A DNA stretch of 64,000 nt from Dictyostelium discoideum (lineage: Eukaryota), in NCBI GenBank assembly GCA_000004695.1, contig CM000151.3:8320001-8384000 (forward strand), given 5' to 3'. Numbering within the stretch: position 1 is the stretch's first letter; each line of letters begins with the position of its first letter. Under the pieces are notes generated by a model, which was given only the letters and a program-made list of their open reading frames with translations, searched no databases and had not been told where the DNA came from. Made by a program: the position numbers and the translations under genes. This document shows, piece after piece, positions 50,755 through 63,231 of this stretch.

Positions 50755-52338
50755 CAACACCACCAACAACAACAAATGCATAATCAACAACACCAACAAC
50801 AAATGCATCATCAACACCAACAACAAATGCATCAACAAATGCATCAAATGCATCATCATCACCAACAACATCATCAACCACAAATTCAACAACAGCAACA
50901 TACCTCACAACAACAAACTCCCCAACCATCCCCACAACATACTTCAAATGCTATTTCATCAGTTTTATCGATGTCTGGTTCAGTTTCTTCAGATTCTATC
51001 CAATCACCATTATATGAAATGCCACATTCACTTCTTTCACAGCAACAACCTCAAACTCAACCTCAAACACAAACTCAAACACAAACTCAAACTCAAGCTC
51101 AACCTCAAACACAACCTCAACAACATCAATTACAATCTTCAAATAACCAAATTAATTCATCTTCAAGCGGTATTCCAATTCCTCCAACACATCAACCTCA
51201 ACAACCAAGCCAAACTCAACAACAAAACCAATCAACTTCTCAACAACAAAACCAACCAACAACTTTACAACAATCACAATTATCACCAAGTCTTAATAAT
51301 AATGTAAATAATCCAATTAGTAGCCCATCAGATGACCAAACTCCAACAACCCAAACACCTTCATCAGTTGTTGGTTCACCAAAAAATAAATCAAAGAAAT
51401 CAAAAACCTCAACTACATCCTCATCAACAACTTCAACCAATGGTACAACATCAACCACATCAAATACCACATTAAATGGTGCATCATCATCATCATCGTC
51501 AACATCATCATCATCATCCAATAAACAAAAGAATAAAACTAGTACAAATGGCGTAGGACAAAGTCCATTAGAAAGCTCATTGAATTCATTAACCAAAGAA
51601 CAATTGGTTCAACTATGTACACATTTCTTAGAGGTTGAACATCCTGATTTAATCCAAGAGTTTGAAAATGCAATGCCACCACCAGATCTTCATGATATCA
51701 TGCAAGAGTTGGATGATCTCCAAAAGAAATATAACAAACTCTATCCAAACAACAAATTTTGTTATGATAATCAATCTTATAACCGTGTGAAAAGTGGTTT
51801 GGCCTCTTTTAAAAAGGCATTAATTGAGTATGGCGATAACTTTAAAGAGAAGAGTGGTTGGGCCACTTTATTACAATATGTAATTTTGGCAATTCCTTAC
51901 GCTCTTCGTATGCCTCTTTGGGATGACGAAAAGAATAATGCATCCAGAATATCGGCATTAAGTAAAATGGATGTTTTTGGTAAGGCTGCAGTCAAAGGTT
52001 TACTCCAAAATGATATACCCCTCGAGAAATGGGAAAGACATAGAAATAGTTTACATCCTCACTCTTTCTATCTAAAATGTACAATTGAAGAGATCGATAA
52101 ATGTATTGAAAAAAGAAGAAAAAAAGAAGAAAAATCTGATAAACAACAATCAAAAAAAAGAAAAAAATTAAATCATATTAATGGAAATAATACTAATACC
52201 ACTACTACTACTACTACTAATAATAATAATAATAATAATAGTAATAATAATAGTAATAGTAATAGTAATAGTAATAGTATTAGTAATAATAGCAATAATA
52301 GTAATAATAATAATAGTAATAACAATAGCAGTAATGGC

Positions 52339-52380
<42 letters not shown>

Positions 52381-52608
52381 AATAGTAGTAATAATATGAA
52401 TAATATGAATAATAGTAATAATATGAATAGTATGAATAATAGTAATAATAATAACATTATGAATGGTGTTAATATGAATAGTGGTAATATACTCAATAAT
52501 ATGCACAATAATATGATTAGTAATGGTATCGGTAATATTAGCATGAACGGAAGCCTTCTACAAATGGGTATGGGCAATGGCGATATTAATATTAATAAGT
52601 ATTTGTAA
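50755..52608 (+). CDS. Q/H/N-rich protein with a Cut8/STS1-like domain (tentative); the 5' end is lost in the gap
   Basis: The frame is open from the gap edge. …LTKEQLVQLCTHFLEVEHPDLIQEF… resembles S. cerevisiae Sts1 [25 protein letters not shown]…. It is flanked by polyQ/H and polyN/S low complexity. Stop at 52606-52608. Confidence 0.5.
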
Positions 52609-52651
52609 AAAAAAAGAAAAAAAAAAAAAAAGAAAAAAAAAAAAAATTAAA

Positions 52652-52756
52652 GCCAAACCAAATCAAAATCAAACCAAATCAAAATCAAACCAAATCAAAA
52701 TCAAACCAATTCAAAATCAAACCAAATCAAACCAAATCAAATCAAACCAAACTCAA
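52652..52756. repeat. Minisatellite of about 12-16-bp units (CAAACCAAATCAAAAT)n
   Basis: Seven to eight tandem units seen directly, downstream of the Q-rich gene. Confidence 0.7.
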
Positions 52757-53297
52757 ATAATTATTTATTTTACTCTTCAATCAATAAATCTATTGATAAA
52801 ACCCTATAAAATCCATCTTTGATCTAAAATTTATTCAACTTTTTTTTTTTTTTTTGTAAAAAAGAAAAAAAAAAAAAAAAAAGAAAAAAAAAAAGAAAAT
52901 AATAAAAAATAGATTAAATAGTTGTAAATATAAAAAAAAAAAAAAATTCACAACCATATCGAATTGATATTTTGGTTTTATACTCCAAAAATAAAAAAAA
53001 TAAAAAAAAGTTTAAAAGTTATTTGTTTTTTTTTATTTTTAAAAATCTATTTACTACTTTATCTTTCAATTTTTTTTTTTTGTTTTTTAAAAATTTAATA
53101 ATACTGTGTTTCTGGCTTGGTATCTAAAACCACTTTAATTATCAATTTAAAATAAATTTATTTTTGTAAAAAAAAAAACAAAACAGCTAGAATTAAGTGA
53201 TTATATATATATATATATATATATTTGGAAACTTTATTTAAATATTTAATTTTAATTGTTTTAAATATTTATTAAAAAAAAAAAAAAAAAAAAAAAA

Positions 53298-54765
53298 CTA
53301 ATTCATCATAAAAGTTTTATTAATTTCAATAAAACTTGGAATTGAATCTAAATCTAATAAATTTGGGTTGAAACCATCACATAAATGTAATTCTTTTAAA
53401 GATGAAGGTAACGAATTTGTAGTGATTTCTTTTTTAAGATTATAAATAAATAATTTTTTCAAAGTGTTTGGCAGGATGTTTGGTTGAGTTATTGGATGAC
53501 TGTAACCTTTTAATTGAATTTCAGAGATATTGGTACAATGAGATAGTGAACCAACATCAATTGGTTGTTTAATATCGTATAGAATTAATTTTTCAATTGA
53601 GTTTGGTAAAAAACTAATATCCAATTTATGAGAAAAGTCATCATAACAATATAACCATTTAACATAAGGGATTGAATTGGAGGGTATAGGTTTTATAATA
53701 TTATATAAATGTAAAAATAAAATAGATCTTGGTATAACATTTTCATCTATTGAATGAGAGAATCTACCACATAGGAATAATTCAGTGACAGAGTTTGGTA
53801 TTGAGCCTGGTTTTGGTGGGTATTTAATATCATACATTCCAAGTTTTTGAACAGAACTTGGAATGATTCCAGAGATTAAGGGTTGATTGAAACCATTACC
53901 AAGCCTAAGATATGTTACAGACAATGGAATTGAACCAATTAAAAGTGGATATTTTAAAGAATAAAGAAATAATGAAACCACATTATCTGTAATTAAACCC
54001 GGTATTAATTGTTGGTCAGGTCCACCATCAATATAGAAATGTTTAATATTGTTTGGTAGCTGTCCAATGATTGATTTAATATTAGCTATATAAAGTGTAT
54101 GAACTGAGGAGGGAATTATAGCGGATGAAATATTTTGATTAAATCCATCATATAAATAAAGAAATTTAATTGAGTTTAATGGTAATTTAACAGAGGAAAT
54201 AGTTGATTTAATTTCAAATATATGAAGTCTTTCAACTGATTGTGGTATGATTTCACTTGTTATCTCTTGATCGAAACCATCTTTAAAACATAAACCTTTT
54301 ATGTCATTAGGTAGTGATTTGTTTGTTAGTGGATATTTTATTTTATGAATATGGACCGATTCTAATAAGGTTTTACATAAACTATTTCTAGTTGGAATCA
54401 TATTTGAAGTTATTGGATGATTAAAATCATTTAAAAAGTATAACCAACGTACACTATCTGGTATTGATTGTCTTGATAATGGTTCTTTAATTTCACCAAT
54501 GTATAAAGAATGAATTGAATTTGGAATTATACCTTGATCTAAACTAAATTTATAACCACATTTTATATTCAAAAATTTAACATTGTCTGGTATTGAAAAT
54601 TTTGTCAACGGTTTATCAATATCACCAATATATAATTTTTCAATTGATTTTGGTATTACTCCTTCCCCAATTTCATATTTATATCCATCACAAATTATTA
54701 ATTTTTTTATATTTTTTGGTATTTTTATTAATTCTAAATTACAATTATTTCCAATTGATAATTTA
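53298..54765 (-). CDS. FNIP-repeat protein. It has no in-frame ATG and may be the 3' exon of the upstream B-box gene.
   Basis: Repeated units …FNQPL/FNHPI…IP.SV..L.. throughout, as in the Dictyostelium FNIP repeat. The open frame extends to 54797 with no ATG. An acceptor ATTATAG at 54766/54767 fits a phase-2 intron from 54927. Confidence 0.55.
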
Positions 54766-54923
54766 CTATAATCATTTTGAATTATTGTTTCATTATTATC
54801 AATTTTAAAAATAATATCATTTACTAAATATTATTAAAATATATTAAAAAAAAATAAAAATAATATTAATATAAATAATTATTATTTTATTTTAATTATA
54901 TAAAACTTTTTTTTTTTTTTTTT

Positions 54924-55811
<888 letters not shown>

Positions 55812-55986
55812 AATTATACATGTTGTTAAAAAATAAAAAATTAAAAAAAAAAATCTTTGTAAAAAGTCGTCATCCAAAAAAAAAAAAAAATCTTTTAAAA
55901 AAAAATTATTTATCACTTTTTTTTTTTTTTTTTCATTTTTTTTTTTTTTTTTTTTATATTAATACAAAACAATTTATTTTATTTAT

Positions 55987-57795
55987 TTAATTGAATTTTA
56001 AAGGGATACTATTATTATTGGTATTATTATTATTATTTTGTTGAGAAGTTAACATTGGTGAATTATAATAACTACCATTATTTGTATTAACCATTGGTGA
56101 AGAATTTGAAGAACAATTATTATTATTTAAATTATTACCATTAGTATTACCATTATAAGTACCATTTGTTAAATCGAAATGATTTGATTTTAATAATGAA
56201 ACAACTTTTGAGAAAACTTTTTCAGCTGCATCTTTACCCCACATAAAGTCCAAATGTTCATAAGAGGGTTCTTCGTGAACCATTACAACTCTATCACGTG
56301 GTAAATGAGAGAGGAGGGCTTTAGTATTTGGAAGATTATCACTACCACCATAAAAGAGAGCACATTTTGTTAAGATTTGAGCAGGATGATAACCAGGAAT
56401 TACACGACCATGATAACGATGAGGTTTCTTTGAGTTTTCATTTGGAGTGATACCCAATAGGATATCATCAAACATTTGGAAACGATTAGTTTGAATGATT
56501 TGAAACCAATGTACGACCGATTTAACCGAAGTATAGGAGAAGATATGAGAGTATAACATCTTCTTCTCTTGTTGTGAGATATTCTCGGTTGTCCAACCAA
56601 AGAGGAATCTAACTGAAGTATCAATCACACGAACAAATACATCCTTTGGTAAGAAATTTCTCCAAAATATAGTGCTTGGTAACATTGATTTCTTACCAAA
56701 GAGAAGGAAAATGAAATCTGGTCTACTTCTAGCCAAACTGTCTATCATTGGGTTACTAAATCCCTTAACGGTTGCAACTGGAGCCAAGGCGATGAAAAGA
56801 TTAATCTTTTTTGAAATCACAGTATTGGTTGATAGTGCTGCCCATCCTTGTGCTGTACCTTGTGAGAATCCAATATAGGATATCGATGGTGCACCAGTAC
56901 GTTCACAAATGAAATTTACAATTGATGGATAATCATAACGTACCAATTCATCCAATGACCAATTCCAAAATCCCTCTTGATTTGGTGTATAGTTGGTATG
57001 TTTAAAACTATACTTATTACCACGATTATTACCCAACCAAACATCAAATCCTGCATCTGCCAATATGAATGGTAATGAATCCTTTGGATCACTTCTACAT
57101 AACCATGCCTCTGATGTTTGCATAAATCCATGCATTATAACTACAACTGGTTTACCATTATAAATTGAAAAATTTGATGTTGATGATGCTGATGACATCA
57201 TATCTGTTGATGTCATATTATTATTATTGTTATTATTATTACCGCTTGAAGTTGTTGTTGTAGTTGTTGTGTTTGCATTTGAATTATGAATTTCTTGATC
57301 AATATCGACATGTTGTTGTAATTTTTGTGCTAATTTACTTTTACGATTAGTAGTTGTTGTTGTTGTTGTTGATGATGATGATGTACCATTACTATTATTG
57401 CTAGATCTACTATGATTATGATTATTATTATTATTTGATCTTGGTGAAGTTGGTGGTGAATCAGGTGGTGTATTAAATTGCTTTGGACCAGTGATTCTAT
57501 GAAGTCCTAAAATGAAACCATCTGGTGTTGTTACGAAATGTTCTTCAACTGGATATCCTCTTGCTGTGATCATTTCAATTGCATCACGTTCTAAATCTTT
57601 CTCTGCTTCTGTGGCATCTTTTGATACAGGCTTACTAAAACTAATATTATCAAAATAATATTTAAATGGTACAAATCCAAATATAGTTGTTACAAAAAAT
57701 CTTGTGATTCTCTCTGCAATCAATATTGATAATGTTAAATATAATTGACTCCATCTCCATATTGTTCTTAAAATACTAACAATAATTAATCCCAT
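55987..57795 (-). CDS. Acid lipase/sterol esterase family alpha/beta hydrolase with an N-terminal lipase region and a TM anchor
   Basis: …ITARGYPVEEHFVTTPDGFILGLHRI…, then VVIMHGFMQTSEAWL, FDVWLGNNRGNKYS and the nucleophile elbow GFSQG. This is collinear with gastric/lysosomal acid lipase and yeast Tgl1/Yeh1. Single exon, with poly-N/T insertions. Confidence 0.8.
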   Translation of the reverse strand: MGLIIVSILRTIWRWSQLYLTLSILIAERITRFFVTTIFGFVPFKYYFDNISFSKPVSKDATEAEKDLERDAIEMITARGYPVEEHFVTTPDGFILGLHRITGPKQFNTPPDSPPTSPRSNNNNNHNHSRSSNNSNGTSSSSTTTTTTTNRKSKLAQKLQQHVDIDQEIHNSNANTTTTTTTSSGNNNNNNNNMTSTDMMSSASSTSNFSIYNGKPVVVIMHGFMQTSEAWLCRSDPKDSLPFILADAGFDVWLGNNRGNKYSFKHTNYTPNQEGFWNWSLDELVRYDYPSIVNFICERTGAPSISYIGFSQGTAQGWAALSTNTVISKKINLFIALAPVATVKGFSNPMIDSLARSRPDFIFLLFGKKSMLPSTIFWRNFLPKDVFVRVIDTSVRFLFGWTTENISQQEKKMLYSHIFSYTSVKSVVHWFQIIQTNRFQMFDDILLGITPNENSKKPHRYHGRVIPGYHPAQILTKCALFYGGSDNLPNTKALLSHLPRDRVVMVHEEPSYEHLDFMWGKDAAEKVFSKVVSLLKSNHFDLTNGTYNGNTNGNNLNNNNCSSNSSPMVNTNNGSYYNSPMLTSQQNNNNNTNNNSIPLKFN

Positions 57796-57893
57796 TATTT
57801 ATTATTTATTATTATTTATTATTTATTATTTATTGAATGTTTTGAAATTCTACATTAATTATTTAACATATAGTTTTTTTTTTTTATTAATAT

Positions 57894-57924
<31 letters not shown>

Positions 57925-58752
57925 GTTTTGTTTTGTTTTTTTTTTTTTTTTTATAAAGAAAAATAAAAAAATAAATTTATTAATAAAAGGCTCTTTTTGT
58001 TTTTATTTATTTATTTATTTATTTTTTATTTTTGTGTGTAACTTTTTTTTTTTTTTTTTTTTTTTTTTATTTTATTATTAATAAATTAATAATTACCTAA
58101 AAAAAAAAAAAAATAAAAAAAATAAAAATAAAATTTAAATAAAAAAATAAATTATATTAAAATATTTACTTTGTTGTATATATTTCAGAAAGTTTTGTTG
58201 ATTTTTTAATTTAAAAAATATTATCGGGTTTTTAAAATAAATATCTTTTTTTTTATTTTTTTTTATAAAAATAAAAAAAAAAAAAAATAATAAAAATGGG
58301 TGTTATGTAAATGTGTGTTTTTAGTGTGCGTGGGTTTTTTATTTTTTTATTTTTAAATTTAATGATACAAATTCAAATAATTAATAGATTTATTTGATTT
58401 AAGTTTATTTTTAGAATGAAAAATAAATTCTATTAATATGAATGAATTTCACACACAAAAGTGGTATTTTTCCACCAAAAAAAAAATAAAATAAAATAAA
58501 ATAAAAAATGTTATTTGAATGTGATAAAAAGAATGAAAACTATTTTAAAAAAAAAAAAAAAAATAAAAAAAAAAAAAAATAAAAATAAAAATAAAAATAA
58601 AAAATAAAAAAAATAAAAATAAATTTTTAAAAAAATGGGAACAAAAAAAACAAAAATAAAAAAAAATGCACCCAACAACGTTTTTGTTTGAATTAAAATT
58701 TCACAAAATTATTTCTTTTAACCACAAAATTCCAACTGTTTAAAAAAAAAAA

Positions 58753-58800
58753 CTGACATATGAAATTTCATAGGCAAGGCTGAGGAGTGAGGACCTTTTT
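58753..58800 (+). ncRNA. Candidate small structured RNA: a hairpin CATATGAAATTTCATAG plus a G-rich 3' half ending in T5, with a DUSE-like ACCCAACAA about 80 bp upstream
   Basis: An isolated higher-GC 50-nt segment in a gene-free region, ending in a TTTTT terminator-like run. The upstream motif at 58670..58678 resembles the Dictyostelium ncRNA upstream element [AT]CCCA[CT]AA. Confidence 0.15.
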
Positions 58801-59007
58801 ATTTTTGTTACATATAATATAAATAAAGACACAAAGATCAACGAATGGCTATGTTTTTTTTTTTAATTAAATTCAAAGCCAGTTTTTATTTTTTTACAAA
58901 TCAACAACAACAACAAGATTTTAATCAAAATCACCTCCAATATTTTTAACTCTCAACAATAATTTAATAAATGTGTAGTATACTTTTAATTAGTTTAATA
59001 TTTTTTT

Positions 59008-59044
<37 letters not shown>

Positions 59045-59424
59045 AATTAGCAAAACTTTAAGTTTTTTGTTGATTTATTTTTTGTAAATCTAACAAGCGA
59101 GACAAAATAAAAAAAAAAAAAAAATAGTGTTCGTTGGTAAAATAAAATAAAATAAAAAATAATAGAATAAAATGGACCAAGTTTTTAAATTTATTTAGAA
59201 ATAAAATTAGATGGTATTTCAAATATTTTAAAACTTCAAAATTTAATAAAAATAATTTTTTTTTTTTTTTTTTATTTAATATTTTGTTTAATTAAATATT
59301 AAATATTCTATTTAATTTTGTATATTTTCTTGGACTATTTTAAATGGTAGTAAAGTGTTTTTGTTAAAATTCTTATTTTTTTAAATAATTAATGTCTTTA
59401 TTTTTTTTTTCTTTAAATTTATTT

Positions 59425-59650
59425 ATGGTGGATTGTACCTGTGATGATTGAGATATGTCTGTAAGTAACCAACAAGTCATTGCCCATCACTGAACTTTCT
59501 ACTTTACTATTTACACAAAAACACACCAAGGCTGTTTTTATTGGCCACCAGGATAGGAAGCATAGCAAGATCCAACTGATTTGTAAAATTAAAAGTTATT
59601 CAGCCTAATACTATTCATTGATATCACTTATTTGTGGGATTTTGAAAAAA
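59425..59650 (+). ncRNA. Candidate ncRNA locus with box C (TGATGA, 59443) and box D (CTGA, 59490) motifs in a non-AT-rich island with no ORF
   Basis: A ~230-bp island in gene-free intergenic DNA with no ORF. No clear terminal stem, so the call is weak. Confidence 0.15.
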
Positions 59651-59877
59651 AAAAAAAAAAAAAACAACTTTCAATTTTTTTTTTTTTTTTTTTTTTTTTT
59701 GCCAAATGAAAAACTCGAATGTTTTAAATGTTACAAATTAAAACTTTATCAAGCGAAAGAATATAATATATCTTTTAATAATGGTGATATAGGTGAAGAT
59801 AATATATAATAATAATAATAGTAATAATAATAATAATAAAAATCTAATTTTTTTTTTTTTTTTCTTAAAAAAAACTT

Positions 59878-60741
59878 TTATTTATTTGAAATTTGATTAT
59901 TAAATAAACGTAATAAATTTCTTTCCAACATTGCAATTGTAACTTTACCAATTGTTGGAACTAAAATTGATTTCTCTTGGATTGATTCATCAACATTTAA
60001 ACAACCAGCGAAATTTATAACAATAGTACCATCTTGAATTAGGTCAGAGTTTACTTTATAGTTTGGAGAAGGTACACCCAATATTAGGATATCAGATTTT
60101 GAGATTGCTTCTTCACGTGTAACATTAGTTTCAGACATTTTAATAGTACCATGTCTTTTACCAGACTGAAATATGATGATGCCATTGATATCGATTGAAT
60201 ACACTATCGCACCGTCGTTTGCCAACATTGCAGCCAATGGACGACCCACGATTTCACTACGATTGACGATTGTCACAGTCTTACCTTTTAAATGCTCACC
60301 CATTGCTAATGATTTATCGTAGATTCCTAAATTATCAATTATCTTTACCATTGCCAATGGTGTGCATGGTATGACACATTTCTTGGTAGCGGTTTCGCCA
60401 TCCATGAAACGAATGTTGTGATAGAGATTGAAACGATTTTGGGTTGATAAACCTTCAATATCCTTAGTTGGACTAACAACATCTTGTAAATAAGAATCCA
60501 TCATACCTCCAAATACTGGATAATAAACTAAAATACCATGTACACATGAATCATTATTTGCTTCTATAATTAAATCCTCTAAATCAACTCTTTCAACTCT
60601 TTTCAATATAAATTCAATACCATCTTTTTGACATGCTAATTTTGTCCATTTTGAATAATCAATTGCACCTTGATCATCACTTGTTAAAAATGCAACAACT
60701 CTTTAAAAAAAAAAAAAAAATAGGTTAATTATTTTTAATTT

Positions 60742-60782
<41 letters not shown>

Positions 60783-60938
60783 CAGATTCGTGAAGGTTTT
60801 TTTTTTTAATATTTTAAATTACCTTGGTTTCCAACAATTTTTTGTAATTTGTTGTTTAACTTCCTCCCTAAAAAAGTTTGCAATGGGTGTAACATCAACC
60901 TTTCCTTTTTTATTTTGCATAATTTCTTTATATTCTTC

Positions 60939-60951
<13 letters not shown>
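59878..60951 (-). CDS. NAD-dependent 5,10-methylene-tetrahydrofolate dehydrogenase (MTD1-like, monofunctional). Exons 60833..60951 and 59878..60700.
   Basis: Exon 1 is MEEYKEIMQNKKGKVDVTPIANFFREEVKQQITKNCWKP. Donor AAG|GTAATT and acceptor TTTTAAAG (phase 2, 132-bp intron with an A-run) give R-VVAFLTSDDQGAIDYSKWT…ANNDSCVHGILVYYPVFGG…YLQDVV…IEGL…TIVNRSEIVGRPLAAMLANDGAIVYSID…. The total is about 313 aa, collinear with yeast Mtd1 (320 aa). Confidence 0.8.
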
Positions 60952-60969
<18 letters not shown>

Positions 60970-61889
60970 ATTTATATGTACAAGTGCTTGTTTATTTATT
61001 AAAAAAAGATTTTTATTATTTGTAGATAATGAATTATTTTTTTAATGAGGTGGTGTTGGTTTTTTTTTTTTACAATAATGAAAAAAATTAATAAAACACT
61101 AAAAAGTAAAATAAAAAAAAAAAAATGAAATAAAAAAAAAAATAAAATAAAAAAAAAAAAATAAAATAAAAAATGTAAATAGGCGAAATCGGCGGTGTGT
61201 ATTAAAAAAACTAAAAATAAAATTCATTTTTTTTTTTTTTTTTTAAAAATTATGGTTAATGCTTAAACAGATAAAATATAAATCACGAAATCTCTTTTTT
61301 TTTTAATAATTATTATTAGTGTTAAAAATAAAAAAAAAAAAAAAAAAAAAAAAAGTTAGACATATTCTGCCTTTATAAATATACAGAAAAAAATTAATTT
61401 CTTTTAATCATTTTTTATTTATAAATATTTTTATTTTTTATTTTATATTTTATTTTATTTTTTTTTTTCTGGTTTTAGTTTATGATATTACTAATTAATA
61501 TCCAGAATGAAAACCACTTTATCAAATCGAATTTTTAACCCTAAAAAATATTTTTTTATTTTTTTTTTTATTTTTTTTATTTTCCTAATTCTTCTAATCC
61601 TAGTTCTATTAAGATAAAAAAAAAATATCTTAACTGACTTTTTCAAAAAAAAAATAAAAAATTAAAAAAAAATAAAAATAATTATATATTGACATAGTGA
61701 TTTTTCAAATAATTTCATATTTTTTTTTTATTTTTTATTTTTTTTATTTTTTTATTTTTTTTTAATATTAACCCAAATTTTTTTTTTTTTTACAAGTAAT
61801 TAAAAAAAAAAAATATAATTAAAATCTTTTCCCACACATAATCATTACAAATAACAAATAACAAATAATAATAATTTAATTATTAAATT

Positions 61890-63182
61890 ATGATAGAAGA
61901 TAAAGAAAATATTGAAAGAAAAGAGGGTACAGAGGTGAAAACCACTATTGATATAAATATTCAAAGTATAAAAGATGATGAAAATGGTATAAACGCAGCC
62001 ATTGTAACAGAGAGTATAACACAAGAAATTAGTACTGTTTCGCTTCAACAAAATAATTCCGATAATAATAATAAATTATTGAGTAGTAGCGAAAATTCAA
62101 TTAGTCAATTAGAACAATTATTATCAAAAGATGAATTGATAATAAATAATGAAGATAAAACAAATCCATTAATAATAACTACACAATTAGATAATAAAAA
62201 TGAAGTAGAGGAACTAGTAGTAGAAGGAGAGGAAGAAGATAATATAAAACAATTAACAAAGAAAGAAATTCTTGGTGTTTTATTAGTTGATAGTTTTTCA
62301 AATTTTTATATTCAAGATAGTATATTATTCCCACAAAACCAGACGGTAGGTGTTGATGGTGAAATAGAGAAAACTACAACAACAACAGGAATGCCAACAT
62401 TAAGTAATGATATAAATTTAACATCACCAACTTCAATCATTGGAAATGGTTATAAAGATAATGAAGTTACAAGTTTCTTAGTGAATGCTTTTCATTATCT
62501 TTCAATACCAATGACAGTTTTAAATTATCTATTATTAACGAATAAACAATCGATTAGTTCAGCAACTATATCAACATCAACATCAAAACAAATTTCAAAA
62601 GTTTCTTCATTCAGTTCAATTACATCCTTATTACATACACCAACATTAACAAGTTCAACATCAAATAGTAATCTATTAAATATTGTGGATTCTTCAAATT
62701 TTGAAATTACACCAACACCTTTATCACCATTAATATCACCACAGCAAACTACAATTACATCGAGCACCACCACCACCACCACTGCAATGTTAAAACCACA
62801 AAAAAATAAAGAAAATATATTACCAAATAAAGTTGATAAAAATATAATAATGGAATTGGAAATGTTATATGATAATCATTATAATATGGAAATATTTGAA
62901 TATTCTAAAAAAATTTCTCAAGCTCAAAATGATATAGATACAAAGAGTAAACTTTATTTTCAATATCTTTCAGATTTAACAAGGCGTTCACTGGCAATTT
63001 GCCCACCAAAATATTCAGATTTAATTACATCTTCATCACAAAACTCATCAACTTCAAATCAATTTTATATAACTATTCGTGAATCTGTTGAATATTTTTT
63101 AATTCAAAATTTATTTCATCAGTAGGTTATTATTTTTTTTATTATTATTAATTTTTATTATCATTTATTAATTTTTTTATCT

Positions 63183-63231
<49 letters not shown>

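Noticed and set aside
52168-52577. Minus-strand ORFs of 112 and 134 aa (poly-I/L/V) opposite the polyN tail of the Q-rich gene
   Set aside because: Reverse complement of an AAT/AAC repeat. No plausible protein.
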